Shown here piece after piece: positions 40,201-52,125 of a stretch of DNA of 64,000 nt. Position numbers and translations under genes: made by a program. Each line of letters starts with the position of its first letter. Positions within the stretch are counted from its first letter, which is position 1. The notes under the pieces were generated by a model, which saw only the letters and a list, made by a program, of their open reading frames with translations, searched no databases and was not told where the DNA came from. The DNA is from Mytilus californianus (lineage: Eukaryota). The DNA is taken from positions 24,118,001 to 24,182,000 of the forward strand of contig NW_026262615.1 in the NCBI RefSeq assembly GCF_021869535.1, in the 5' to 3' direction.

Positions 40201-40335
40201 ACCTGCAAATTTTCTGAAGATACAATTGTACCTAATTACAGATCTGATCCCTCGTTATCTATTGACTTATATCTGATACTGCCTATTACGCGTATGTATG
40301 GTTATAATATAACCCATGATATAAGTAAATGTTAG
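34125..40335 (+). CDS. Spliced gene for a CTLD-CTLD-PAN/Apple protein (copy B; 5' end unresolved)
   Basis: Exons 34125-34284, 35345-35544, 36772-36925, 37720-37895 and 40031-40291 are each open, have AG/GT boundaries, and have matching phases (2,1,2,1). They total 951 nt. Read-through of the last exon stops at 40335. The cysteine/tryptophan pattern fits two CTLDs and a PAN domain. Confidence 0.8.
35345..35544 (+). CDS. Copy B exon: CTLD1 C-terminal half
   Basis: IIEFWANHSPDNNRPKG...LCVKIVYEVRNTRFGWVSVDCENKTTTAGTCCNQ. Shows C...W-x3-DC-x-C spacing; phase 2 in, phase 1 out. Confidence 0.85.
36772..36925 (+). CDS. Copy B exon: CTLD2 N-terminal half
   Basis: RYKALLVLEKTNWYTADHICKEEGGTLF...PWIEE contains the hallmark W-x2-A-x3-C-x3-GG-x-L. 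Acceptor ttcttcag, donor gtaatt. Confidence 0.9.
37720..37895 (+). CDS. Copy B exon: CTLD2 C-terminal half
   Basis: VTVFWSALSQNEYQDPEMCSLSRVVPPETGWYNFFRQIESDLFDSCEKAKHMSVCMIP. Acceptor atttcag, donor gtaaga. Confidence 0.85.
38910..39050 (+). repeat. ~45-bp tandem repeat x3 (x2 in copy A, ~7670-7765)
   Basis: Unit agttcattgtgtccgggtagcgtcacatgttttcctgtgactca. Confidence 0.8.
39540..39892 (+). mobile_element. ~350-bp hammerhead-bearing repeat (retrozyme-like / non-autonomous PLE-related)
   Basis: Absent at the equivalent site in copy A (~8165). Flanked by aatttttt at 39532-39539 and 39885-39892. A homolog lies at 51778-52125. Confidence 0.8.
39818..39857 (+). ncRNA. Minimal type-I hammerhead ribozyme-like motif, family 2
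   Basis: CGTTC-CTGATGA-AGGTAAATCCA-GAA-AAGCGCTT-C-GGACG. Helix I is CGUUC/GGACG, helix III is a perfect palindrome and the cleavage triplet is UUC. Helix II is weak (GG/CC with an A-A mismatch). Confidence 0.7.
40031..40291 (+). CDS. Copy B exon: PAN/Apple-like domain
   Basis: ...AKNTTECMKECNGFNKVGVTCMGFNFDKKSSTCKFSED...IDLY matches the C-x3-C...C-x2-F-x-F...C pattern. It is a 261-nt phase 1-1 exon with a gtatgt donor. Confidence 0.88.
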
Positions 40336-41719
40336 CGTTTTACTTGGATTCAAATGTAATTGGAACTGCTATATTTAAGAAAGTCTGGAATACTAAACAA
40401 TTCCGACTTACATATGAGCAACATTAGTACAACTTATATAGTATGTGTATGAATATATGTATAAATGCCTTACAACACAAAAATCAATTTTATTTTTAAA
40501 GATTCGTTCTTCAAATAATGAACAAACATAGTTTCCTTACAATAATTAGTAACGTTTGGTTAGTGCTAAACACACATGTTTACTTACAATTAGATATACA
40601 TGTTAAACCAAATATATAACAATCTTCTAAATATTTTGTGAAAAGACTGGTGCTGTTTTGTGTATTCTCATTAACTGCTTGTCTGACTTTTTTCTATGCA
40701 TTCTCAAACATTTCATTTACAAAACATCTATAAATTCAAACTTACTACCAATTCAACATGTACAAAAATCGGGAATAACAAAACAGTGGTGGTATATGTA
40801 TGTCGATGTCCTTATACGAAAGCCACCCGTGTGTGAAATTCATTTAAACAAATACAAATTTGAACAACGGACTGACACACTCCTGTCTCAGAACAACATT
40901 TTGTTTTATCATCCTACATCGGTATAAAAGACACCCCGGAAGAGCCATGACAACCATGAATGTCATGATCAATGCACAATGCATATGTAAATTATTTAAT
41001 TGTGTATTTATACATCCCATATCTACTGTTAGGAACATTTCAGACCAGTTAATTTGTACTATCTATAATCGTTCCTACGTGATACTATAATTTCCTGCTT
41101 GCAGCAGTTATAATTTAAAATATGAAGCAACAGATATATGTCGAAATTTGTAAACAAGAGGATTTAGCGATAACAATTAAGAAATAATCCAATCTCATAC
41201 GTAAGCATTGTCTATATTATCTTTCTTGAGTATTCTTTCATAATTTTAGACATTGTTTTTTTTTTTTTGTAAGTCAGTAAGCATATTTCCGTTTTCTGGT
41301 GTGGTCACAAAAACAAAATTAAAAACAAGGAGCAACAGTATTGTTGAACGTCAGAATTGAATTTTTAACATGCAGAAATTCAAACATTTAATAAAATTTA
41401 AACAAGAAGAAAAAAAATCAACGTTTGATAAAAATGAATGTAATATATCGTGCAATTACTTGCAATATTCTAACGTATGAGTATACTTTATTCCCATTTT
41501 TGTCCTTTTGAAGCCCTGATATATTCAAATGAAACCACTACGGATACGTTTTATTATACAACAGACTTTTCGAGTATAACAACTGATATAACACAACAGC
41601 ATCATACTTCAGGTATTTTGTTTAAACATTTTGTATAAAGAAATACCGTACATAGCTTATTAGTTTCATATAAATAAGTTTTGGTTGATTGCTTGATTTA
41701 TTGGTGTTTTATGCCTTTA

Positions 41720-41973
41720 TTTTTCTTAAATACCACCTTAAAGAGCGAAAAATACGCCAGAGTGCATGAAAGATTATGATGGATTCAATCAATTTGGAGT
41801 AACATGCATGGGTTTTAACTTTGACAAGAAGTCTTCAACCTGCAGATTTTTCTGAAGATTTAGTTGCAACTCATTACATACATGGTCCCTCGTTATCTAT
41901 TGACTAATATTTGATTCTGCATATTACGCGTATGTATGGTTATAATATAACCCATGATATAAGTAAATGTTAG
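41720..41973 (+). pseudogene. 5'-truncated third copy of the PAN exon
   Basis: Starts mid-exon (equivalent to 40084) and has no acceptor. It has Cys>Tyr, an extra T after aga (frameshift) and a gac-taa stop. Confidence 0.9.
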
Positions 41974-42083
41974 CGTTTTATTCGGATTCACATGTAATTG
42001 GAACTGCTATATTTAAGAAAGTTTGAAATACTGAGCAATTCCGGCTTAAATATGAGCAACATTAGTACAGCTAATATAATATG

Positions 42084-42834
42084 TAGATATTAGAGGATGT
42101 GGTAGGAGTGCCAATGAGACAACTCTCTATCCAAGTCAAAATTTATAAAAGTAAACCATTATAGGTCAAGGTACGGTCTTCAACACGGAGCCTTGGCTCA
42201 CACCAAGCAGCAAGCTTTAAGGGGCCCCAAAAATAACTAGTGTAAAACCATTCAAACGGAAAAACCAACGGCCTAATCTATATAAAAAACGAGAAAACAA
42301 GAAACACTTATGAACCACATCAACAAACGACAACTACTGAACATCAGATTTCTGACTTAGGACAGGTGCAAACAATTGCAGCGGGTTTAAACGTTTTAAT
42401 GGTACCAAACCTTCACCTTATCTGAAACAATAGTGTAACATCACAACATAGAAAGACACACTATAACATAGCAATTGAAATGGCTTAACTAAATTAAAAG
42501 ACATATTAACATAAGTAAACATACACTTTTTAACCAGCTGAAATTGTTTGCACCTGTTCTAAGTCAGGAATCTGATGTTCAGAAATTGTCGTTTGTTGAT
42601 GTGGTTTATAAGTGTTTCTCGTTTCGCGTTTTTTATATAGATTAGACCGTTGGTTTTCCCGTTTGAATGGTTTTACACTATTAATTTCTGGGGCCCTTTA
42701 TAGCTTGCTGTTCAGTGTGAGCCAAGGCTCCGTGTTGAAGACTTACTTTGACCTATAATGGTTTACTTTTATAAATTTTGACTTGGATGGAGAGTTGTCT
42801 CATTGGCCCCTTAAACCACATCTTCTTATATCTA
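42084..42834. mobile_element. Foldback structure with ~300-bp inverted arms
   Basis: 42084-~42392 is the reverse complement of ~42527-42834, with a ~135-bp spacer. It is absent from tandem unit 1 and from copy A. A truncated arm lies at 44408-44500. Confidence 0.85.
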
Positions 42835-45800
42835 TACACTGAACGAATTTGATCTATGATACAATGTAAATACACAATCAATAAAATAAGGAATTAATAA
42901 TTAAAGTAACAGTATCATACCGCTGTGAAATGTTAAACAATTTAAGAAAAACAACAATAACATTAAACAAAAATCCGCCATTTACAATAATATTATGCAC
43001 AGGTAAATGAAAATAATTTTGTAGTCAGGTATACAATTTAAATGGGGAGAGTAAATATTTTTACAAAATATATAATTCTGATGTCCATAGTACGAAGAAG
43101 TGAAAATATATAGAATACTAAACACTTATCAAAGCTGGTATATAGACCAGATATAACCCTGAATAAGTAAACATTAAATAACAAAAAGCATTACAAATAG
43201 TATCAACAGGTCAAATTGACAAGAAAGTACGATTTGAGAGTACTCGCAGTTACTGACAGCTAGTTAAAAGCCGAAAACAATTAATAATAAAAAATCATGC
43301 ATCAGAGACTAAAATCAACTAAAACACATCCCAGGAATTTAGTATTTTAACGTCATGGACAGTCAAAGAAGACATGATTATGTGTATGAATATATATAAA
43401 TAACTTACAAAACAAAAATTTTATTTTTAAAGATTTGTTCGTCAAATAATGAACAAACATAGTTTCCTTACAATAATTGGTACCGTTTCGTTGGTGCATA
43501 TCACACGTGTTTACTTATGATTAGATATACATGTTAAACCAAATATATATCAATCTTCTAAATATTTTGTGAAAGGACTCGTGCTGTTTTGTGTATTCTC
43601 ATTAACTGCTTGTCTGACATTTTTCTATGCATTCTCAAAAATTTCATTTACAAAATACATCTATAAATTCAAACTTACTACAAATTTCAAATGTACAAAA
43701 TATCGGGAATAACAAAGTGGTGTTATATGTATGTCGATGTCCTTATACGATAGCCACTCTTGTGTGGAATTCGTTAAAACAAATAAAAATTGGAACAACG
43801 GACTGACACAATCCTGACTCAGAACAACATTTTGTTTTATTATCCTACATCGGTATAATAGAAATGCCGGAAGAGCCATGACAACCATAACTGTCATGGT
43901 CAATGTATAATGCATATGTTAATTAATGGTTGTGTATTTGTACATTCCACATTTACTGTTAGTACAAATCCCGATGATAAACTGGCCTTAAATTTTCCCA
44001 TCTATAATCGTGCCTACGTGATACTATAATTACCTGTTTTTAGCAGTTATAATTTGAAATACGAAGCAACGGATATACGTCAAAATTTGAAAACACGACA
44101 ATCTAGCGATTACAATTAAGAAATAATCAAATCTCATATGTAAGCATTGTCTATATTATCTTTCTAGAGTATTCTTTCATAATTTTAGACGGTTTTTTTT
44201 TTGTAAGTCAGTAAGCATATTTTCGTTCTCTGGTGTGGTCACAAAAACAAAATTAAAAACAAAGAACAACAGTATCGTTGAACGTCAAAATTGAATTCTT
44301 AACATGCGGAAATTCAAACATTGAATAAAAACATGTAAAACAAAGATCAAGGAACGTTAGATAAAAATGAATTTAATAACTCGTGGAGTTACATGCAATA
44401 TTCTAATAGATATAAGAAGATGTGGTATGAATGCCAATGAGACAACTCTCCATCCAAGTCACAATTTGTAAAAGTAAACCATTATAGGTCAAAGTACGGC
44501 CTGTATAATTATACTTAATCCTTCATTTTTCTCCCTTTGAAGCCCTGATATATTCCAAAGAAACCACTACAGATACTTTGTATTATACAACAGACTTTTC
44601 GAGCATGACAACTGACACAACACAACAGCATCATACTTCAGGTATTTTGTTAAAGCATTTTGTATAAAAAAAAAATACCGTACATAGCTTATTAGTTTCA
44701 TATATTTAAAGTTTTGATTGATTGATCTAGTGATGTATTATGCCATTTTTAGCACTATTGTCTATTTCGTGTTTGAATTTTATTTTGGGTTGAGAAAGCC
44801 GGAGTGCTCAGAGAGAAACAACGACCTTGGCCAGGAAAATTGACAATCCTAGTTAAATAAGAATGTAGTAGAGCGCACCTGCCACTTTAGGGGTTTGAAC
44901 TCACAACCTCAGATTTGACAGGCTAGTGATACAGTAGATGGACTCCTTAGACATATCAGCCACCGAGGCGCCAATACATAAATATAACAGTATGCTGTAA
45001 ATTCTAGATGACATTGTCTTTTTATCTGATTTGTACCTAAATATACCATTATCTTACACAATTCGATGTTATGAATTTCGGACTGAAAATTTCATTGATT
45101 GATTGATTTATAAATTTTTATCGCAAGGACCAAAGTGTTTACTCATAAGATCTGGCTACTTTAGTGTAATGTGCAATAAAAATACCAAATTGATGATTAA
45201 CAAAACGACTCACAAATGACGCTCGAATAAAACAAGTTAAAAAACCAAATAAAGTACAAAGTTGAAGAGTATTGTGGATCCAAAATTCCGAAAGGTTTTG
45301 CCAAATACATTTAATAAATTTCAATAAAATTGGAAGCTAGTGTAGTAACTAAGAGTAGCTCCTACTTTACTAACTGCAGATTCATATATTTGTCATTTAT
45401 CAGGTATGATAGTGGTCACTGTTGCAACATGGCTAGCTTCCATTGCAAGTGTTGTTGTCTTATTTTCTGTTATTGGGAATATCCTATTAATATTAAACAA
45501 AGTAAGTTACATATGCGTGTTAAATTATAGATTTCACCAATCCTTTAAATGCATATAGCATGAGGGAATTATTTACTTTCTTGGGTACCAATCTTCGTGG
45601 ATTTAGAAAAAGGGTATTTTTCGCGGATACTTGATTTCGTGGTTTTGACAAAATTGTACATACAAGCTTGTCTTAATTATAAGACCTATAAAATTAATGA
45701 AAATACATACACCATTAAAAAGAATGATGTCACGGTAGTTAACTTTATTTTCAATTTAAATTGGGTTGAGATTAAAAGTAAAAAAAGTTCTTGCTGTGAT

Positions 45801-46698
45801 TCTTCAACGACTAGATATTGTAATCAGTTTGATACCTGCAATTGTTTTGTTTACTTACTTGTTATTTCATTGTATATGTACACATGAATTCATTTTGGCG
45901 GGACGGAATATGTTGAAACTTATGAAGAAAGTATATAAACTCTTTTTTTTTGTACGCTAGACGCGCATTCAGTTTACAAAAGACTCATCTCTGACGCTCA
46001 AATCAAAAAGTTAAAAAAGTCCTGTCAATGTCTGGCCAAGTTCCTTACTTGTCAAATATAGACAGACATCGAATAATTATATTTCAAACTAAACAAATTT
46101 GTCATTTTAAATAGATTATTACAAAATGAATAATATTTGTATTGCAGATGATGTTTCAAACAGAACAGCGCCAAGCTTGTCCTCTTGAAAATGAAATTGA
46201 AATACGGTCTTACGATGATGACGAAGTTCTTTATTCTACGAACATTATTTATAGTTTGCCTCCTATCGGTTTTGAAGGGACTATCCATTAGACAAACTTG
46301 ATCAAATACATATGTTTTGGAAGATTGTAGTTTTAACATGTTGATGGTGTTAATTTTTCTTCCACTGTATAATAGAACTTTAGAAATCTTTTTTTATATA
46401 ATTTTTTTTAAAAAACATTTTCATCTTTGATTTTTTATTATATAATACATATTTTTTTGTTCATATTAAAGTTGTTGAGAGTCCCGTTCCAATGTTACCT
46501 ATAATATGCTTTGAGAGAAAAATATAAACGTTTTTTGCAAGATAAAATGATGACAAAATGTACACATTCGACGGACACTTTATAATTCATTCTAGAATGC
46601 TTATACATATTATACCTAGCTTAGGAATCAATACCTACAAGTTTAACACTTGAAAAATGTTATAAAATTAGTTTTGATTAAATGTTCTTTACCTTTAA

Positions 46699-46973
46699 GG
46701 TGGTACCCAACACCTTGACTAATATTAATTTGGCTCGTTTAATTTTCATAAAATTTTGACAAAATGTTTACTTTGACCCTTTGACAAAAATATAAAAATT
46801 TCAAAAAATTTGAACCAACCACTTTATCAGAAAAATTTCATTGGTTATATAGCAGTTTGACAAACACTAATTTTGATCATTGAGAAGCTTAATATTTCCT
46901 ACAACAATACAACGTGATTAAAACGTTTAGCTGATTTTTACAGAGTTATCTCCCTGTAGTGTTAGGTACCACC
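46699..46973. mobile_element. 275-bp MITE with TTAA target duplication (Kolobok-like)
   Basis: TIRs ggtggtacccaacac / gtgttaggtaccacc with TTAA on both sides. Copy A has a single TTAA at the empty site (~16376-16379). The 5'-GG termini favour Kolobok over piggyBac. Confidence 0.9.
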
Positions 46974-49935
46974 TTAAGGAACCGTTTCACACTTATCATA
47001 TTAAATAGAGGCAAGCCATTATGACACCAATAATCTTTTGTAAAATATTCTTATCAAGATAACATAAACTTGTTAAGGAAACTTAGTCATTCTACACAGT
47101 AGCATCGGTCTTTTTTCTATATCATTTGAATAAAAGGAGTTGTGGGGTATATGTACTTTGATGTGATATCAACATAACGACACACCTCTCCAGTCAAATA
47201 AAAAAGGGATTCATAATTCCTCCTTATCATATATTCCAATCGTTTCAAAACTTTGCAGACGTGGTTCTTGAAAAACGAGTCACAAGTCGCTGTCGAAGCC
47301 ATGCATATTTGGATTAAGTACTGAAAAATAAATCTTTTGTCCGATACAATCGAACAACGGATTGAAAAAATTTATGCAATGCGGATAGTCTTTAAAAAAG
47401 CTGTATTTTATTACAGAAATGTTTTAGTTTTATTTTAACTTCAGTGGAGAGATTTGCCACCGAAGTCCGATATACATTCTTACGTACGTCTATTACACAC
47501 AACTTCATACGCATTATGTCCGTACTTTCGACTAGCATACAGCTATGTAAAAAAAGACTCACCTTGAAGAAAGGGACAAGGCCAATCACCAACCTATCAT
47601 TTTTAAGGAGATTTACAAATGTTAAGCGTTTAGATGCAATGTCTTTTGCAATTTCAAGATGTGTACAGAGAAAAGTTTCATTTGCAATTGGTCTTTGTGA
47701 AACAGAAAATGAAAGGCCATTTACAAATTAAGATATATTTGCTTTTAAATTGATGATATTGGCCACAATTTGTTGAATTTCCTCGTAGCGATACAAGAAA
47801 ATAATTCATGTGGAGATGTTCTGATTATGAAAAAAAATGAGAAAATTAGTACGTACACAAAGACACTTTTGCAGGCACTTTTTGAAATAGAAAGAATCTC
47901 ACATGACATTTTGGCAGCATTACTACTAGTAATTAATATTGTCTGATTTTTATTGTTAAAGAAACCATCTATTGATTGGAAGAGGTTTTACTCGATCTCT
48001 GGAAAAATACAATGCAAACATTTTCTAGATACACCATTATATTGATATTAATCAAAGAATACTGTTGCAATAAGAAGATGTTGTAAAATTGCCAATTAGA
48101 CAACTCTCCACCAGAGACCAAATGACATAGAAGTTATTAACTATAGGTCACCGTTCGGCCTTCTTAATGTGCTTATAAAAATTCTCTCAGGTCTCTATTT
48201 AATAATGCATACTATCTCACTAAAAAAATTAAAAAAATTCCAACTAAATATCTCCTTAATTTTTGTTGAATACGTAACTAAAAATTCTAACAAAGGTCAT
48301 AAAGATCAATATCGATATCCCTAATGCGCCTCAAATGATGAACATTATCATAACTTGTGGGCATTCTAAGTAAATTTTAAAAGGTTCAAAACATGATAAG
48401 AAAAAGGGGTTAAAAAGTAGCTAAAGAAAAAAAAGGTTTATAAATATCGATCTGTATCAAAATGAAAAATGACTGTTCAAATTGCATAATTTTAAAATTG
48501 TAAAAAGACGAAAAAAACATAAAAAATAAACGTAACGTGCATCTGTGCGTGTGTTTCAACCATCTGGATTTCTTATTTGAAGATCTTTCATATTATATTA
48601 TAAACCTTTTTTGTTTTTTAGTTTTTAAGTATAATTAAAACCATTTCTAGTTATTACATAGTTTTGTTCCTATGTGAGCATTATAATATTGCCAGAAGTT
48701 AACAACTGTAGATGCAAAACAATCATTTACTCAGCAGAAGATATGTGAAAACAATGGGATGTATACAGTGTAGCAGTAACTATGTAATATAATTTATATA
48801 TAACAAATTAGTAACAATCAAATTCTGTTGAGGTGCAACCTTGTCTTTGATGGTATCAACCCCGTACATCAAGTATTATGTAGTAACTTATTCCTTATAT
48901 ATATATGGTATGATTCAGCTACATTTTAAGTTAAATCAAAATGCTAGCCTCATTGGTTAATTACATAACAGAAGTGCATGTACATATGACCCTAGTAGAA
49001 TATTCATGCTCTCAACATCCACGAAGATAGAAGGCCGTGTCAGTTAGTTCAGAACGGCAGCTCCACTGACACTACTAAAGGTATAAATCTTTCCTATTTA
49101 AAAATGATAATTGTATTGCCTTGCTGACATAGATCGTGGTAGTCAGAGGTCTTGGTGGCTATTTATGAGATTTTGTAGACCTTGGTGGTCAGAGGCCTTG
49201 ATGGCTATTAAGATATTTTTTAGACGTTGGTGGCCGCCTATTTATTTTTAGATTGGTGTTATTTTGGTTAGAATATAATGAATGAGCACGTGTTGATTTT
49301 TGGAAGAATTTAAAGAAGAACAAAATAAGGCTATGTTCGCCGGATTCGGACTGGCATTTGGGAAGCATTACAATAAGTGAATAGTATCAAGCATGGTTAT
49401 ATTGTTGGTATTATTCGATGTTATAATTAGAATACATTTAATGCTGCGTTAAGTCATCTTAAGTGTTGCTATTTACTGGATTAAATAAGATTAAAGAATT
49501 TAGCGTGCTCATGCCTTGTTTGATTTTTTGTAATGACATCGTTATCTATTTTACGGAACTCGTTTAAGTATCTTCAATATCAAACAAATGTGAATCGACA
49601 GAAAATGAAAACATTTAATTCAGATAATTTAGAAGTAAATTGTTTTCATCTTTGTGTTAAATTCAAATTCTGCGTCATAAAGAAATCTTAAAATTCATTT
49701 TTTTAAATGAACATCTATTCTTCCGTAATCTGATAAGACCCTGCTTTTATCACCTTATATTTATTTTGCAGTTTTGTTTTATAGATATCTATATATGCGT
49801 GAACTCTTTTCATTTCTACCATGAGTAGAACGTTTTATGGTAATTCGGACAACTAAAATCGGAAAAGTCTGCGGGTTTGCGCTTAAACTTAACCAGTTCT
49901 CGTAACAATGTATCTATAGGTTTTATTACGAGTGA

Positions 49936-50062
49936 GAATTGGATATCGCTTGATATCAACTCGAGTATTTGATTTATATATAATAATAAACGAGCCTATG
50001 GCGAGTTTATTGTTACTATTTAGATGAAATAACGAGAGTCAATATCAAGCGATATCCAATTC
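49936..50062. repeat. Long imperfect palindrome
   Basis: gaattggatatcgcttgatat ... atatcaagcgatatccaattc, with a gagcctatggcgag tip. Confidence 0.8.
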
Positions 50063-51114
50063 GCAAGAGCTATTAAACATGTTAAAAATTTTCATCTTAC
50101 TTTAAAAATTTCGCGATCGTTGATCTGGTGTATTTTGCACATACAAGTATGACGTCAAATGTCCTGTTCGGGTTTCAGACTTTAACATCAGACAGACTAA
50201 AACTTTGTGTACGCTTCAGAATGTAATAGTAATTGATAAAGAAGAGATTTGCTAGTGAAAATGTGACTGGTTTGTATATTATTGAAGAAATCACATATGT
50301 CCGTTGCCATTGACGAAATGTTCATCGTCTCAACCTTTGAAAGTCATTAATGACCAATGGAAATGTCCTAATATCGTCTCATTGTGCTTGATAAGACAAT
50401 CAAATTAAAGCATATTTCGTATCACTTTTTCGTATCACACTCCGTGCCGATTTAAATTACTCCACAAGATAATTTATGTTTTACAATGAATTGATTTGTC
50501 ATTGGGTAACTACGTACTGTATAAGACTACCAAAATGTCGAATACTTTTTTTTTCAAAAGCGATTAAAATCAGAAAGATAAGCATTACCAATTAATTACA
50601 AACACTATTGGCGTACAAACAGCCAAAAAACAGTAGAAATAAAGCTGATACGATAAAAGAAGTTAAAAAAAAATGTTAAGTAGATTCACGATTAAACTCT
50701 ATGTATCAGCCAGCGTTTTTTTTTACATTAGATATACATGTAAACAACATTTGGATACTTACCTGAATAAAGAAAGCACGTTATCAAACATGCTAATTTC
50801 ATTTCAGACAACGTGTAAGGTGGCTTACAATGGGTAAGGATAAAGAGCTAGGGATTTTACCATTGTTCTTGTTGATTTCTACAGCCTTCCATGAAAAAAG
50901 TATGGTGAACATGGATTGTCCATATCATAACACATCAGTTCTTGAGTTTATATTTAATGTCTCCATCAACATACATTATAATCATATTAATAAAGCAAGC
51001 TTGTCTATTAATTTCCATTTATTATTACTGAAATCAATGTACACTTTGGTTCATAAAAAATAAGAAATATTTCTGAAGATCGGGAAATTTATGTATTGTA
51101 AGTTTGGTAGACGA

Positions 51115-51335
51115 CAATATGCGACTGTCATATAAGTGAGAGGTTTAGCTAGCTATAAAACCAGGTTTAGTCTATCATTTTCTACATAAGAAAATGCCTG
51201 TGCCAAGTCAGAAATATGACAGTTGTTATCCATTCGTTCGATGTGTTTTAACTTTTGATTTTGCCATTTGATAAGGGACTTTCCGTTTTGAATTTTCCAC
51301 GGAGTTCGGTATTTTTGTAATTTTACTTTTTACTG
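51115..51335 (+). mobile_element. Dispersed repeat (tgagaggtttagctagctataaaaccagg family)
   Basis: Copies at 32500-32705 (inserted in copy B only), 56735-56860 and, on the minus strand, 59535-59770. Confidence 0.8.
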
Positions 51336-51777
51336 CGATGCTGTATTTTAAACTATTTTGTTTCTGATTCGTACTATCACTTTGATGATAAGTAAAAACT
51401 CGCGAAGTTTCTCTTTAAGCTCTTTAAAAAACCCTCGACGGTCAAATTGCATCTGGGCTTTTTCTGTTAGAAAATGAACAAAAGAAATCTATAACATTTT
51501 TACAATGCATGTAAACAATCATGGCATATGTCGCAGCACTGATTTGTGACAATCTCATTATATCACTTGTACTGAAAACAGAAATTTAAAGCAGTTTGGC
51601 TTAAAACAAATTACATCCATAAACTTTTTCCAATTTTATTTTTGCTTATAACAAGCTACGTTTATAGTCTTTCTATTCTGAATTAAATAACCAACCTATT
51701 GAGATATAATGAAAATCAGCTGATTTGTTAGATTTGCTTAAAGGAAAAGGAACTGATTCAAAAACAATATCTTACAG

Positions 51778-52125
51778 TACTGGGTCGATACCTCTGCTGG
51801 TGGACTATCAGTCTCCGAGAGTATCATGAGCTCAGTAGTTCGTACTTCGAAACTGGCATGATTTATAACAAATGCTTCTAAAATTATCCGTGTGTAAATA
51901 TTAATTCATAAAGAAAACAAGGTTTCAACTCCTTCAGGCAGAGTTGGACTTTAGATAAATTTTGCCATTTTTAGGTCCTCTTTTGTCCTACATCTTGTCA
52001 ACTGTTTCGATTCTTATACATCCTTGGCAACCAAATATTCAGCGTTGAGCGTACCTGAGGAAGGTAACCCAAAAAAAGCGCTTTAGACGCATGACATTTT
52101 TAATGTGTTGTTTTTATTTTTCACA
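51778..52125 (+). mobile_element. Second, decayed copy of the family-2 hammerhead repeat
   Basis: Starts ctgggtcgatacctctgctggtgg. The core reads cgtacCTGAGGAaggtaacccAAAAAAAGCGCTTtagacg, with GAA mutated. Confidence 0.8.

Larger units (their letters stand above)
40084..44740 (+). repeat. Internal tandem duplication within copy B (unit 1 40084-41719; unit 2 41720-~44740 with insertions)
   Basis: The sequence after the PAN exon occurs twice in the same order. The junction is at tttttcttaaa (41720), and copy A has only one unit. Confidence 0.92.
30293..48260 (+). repeat. Segmental duplication, copy B
   Basis: Same landmarks in the same order and orientation as copy A. It lacks the equivalent of A ~11660-16100 and has extra insertions plus an internal tandem duplication. 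Confidence 0.97.
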
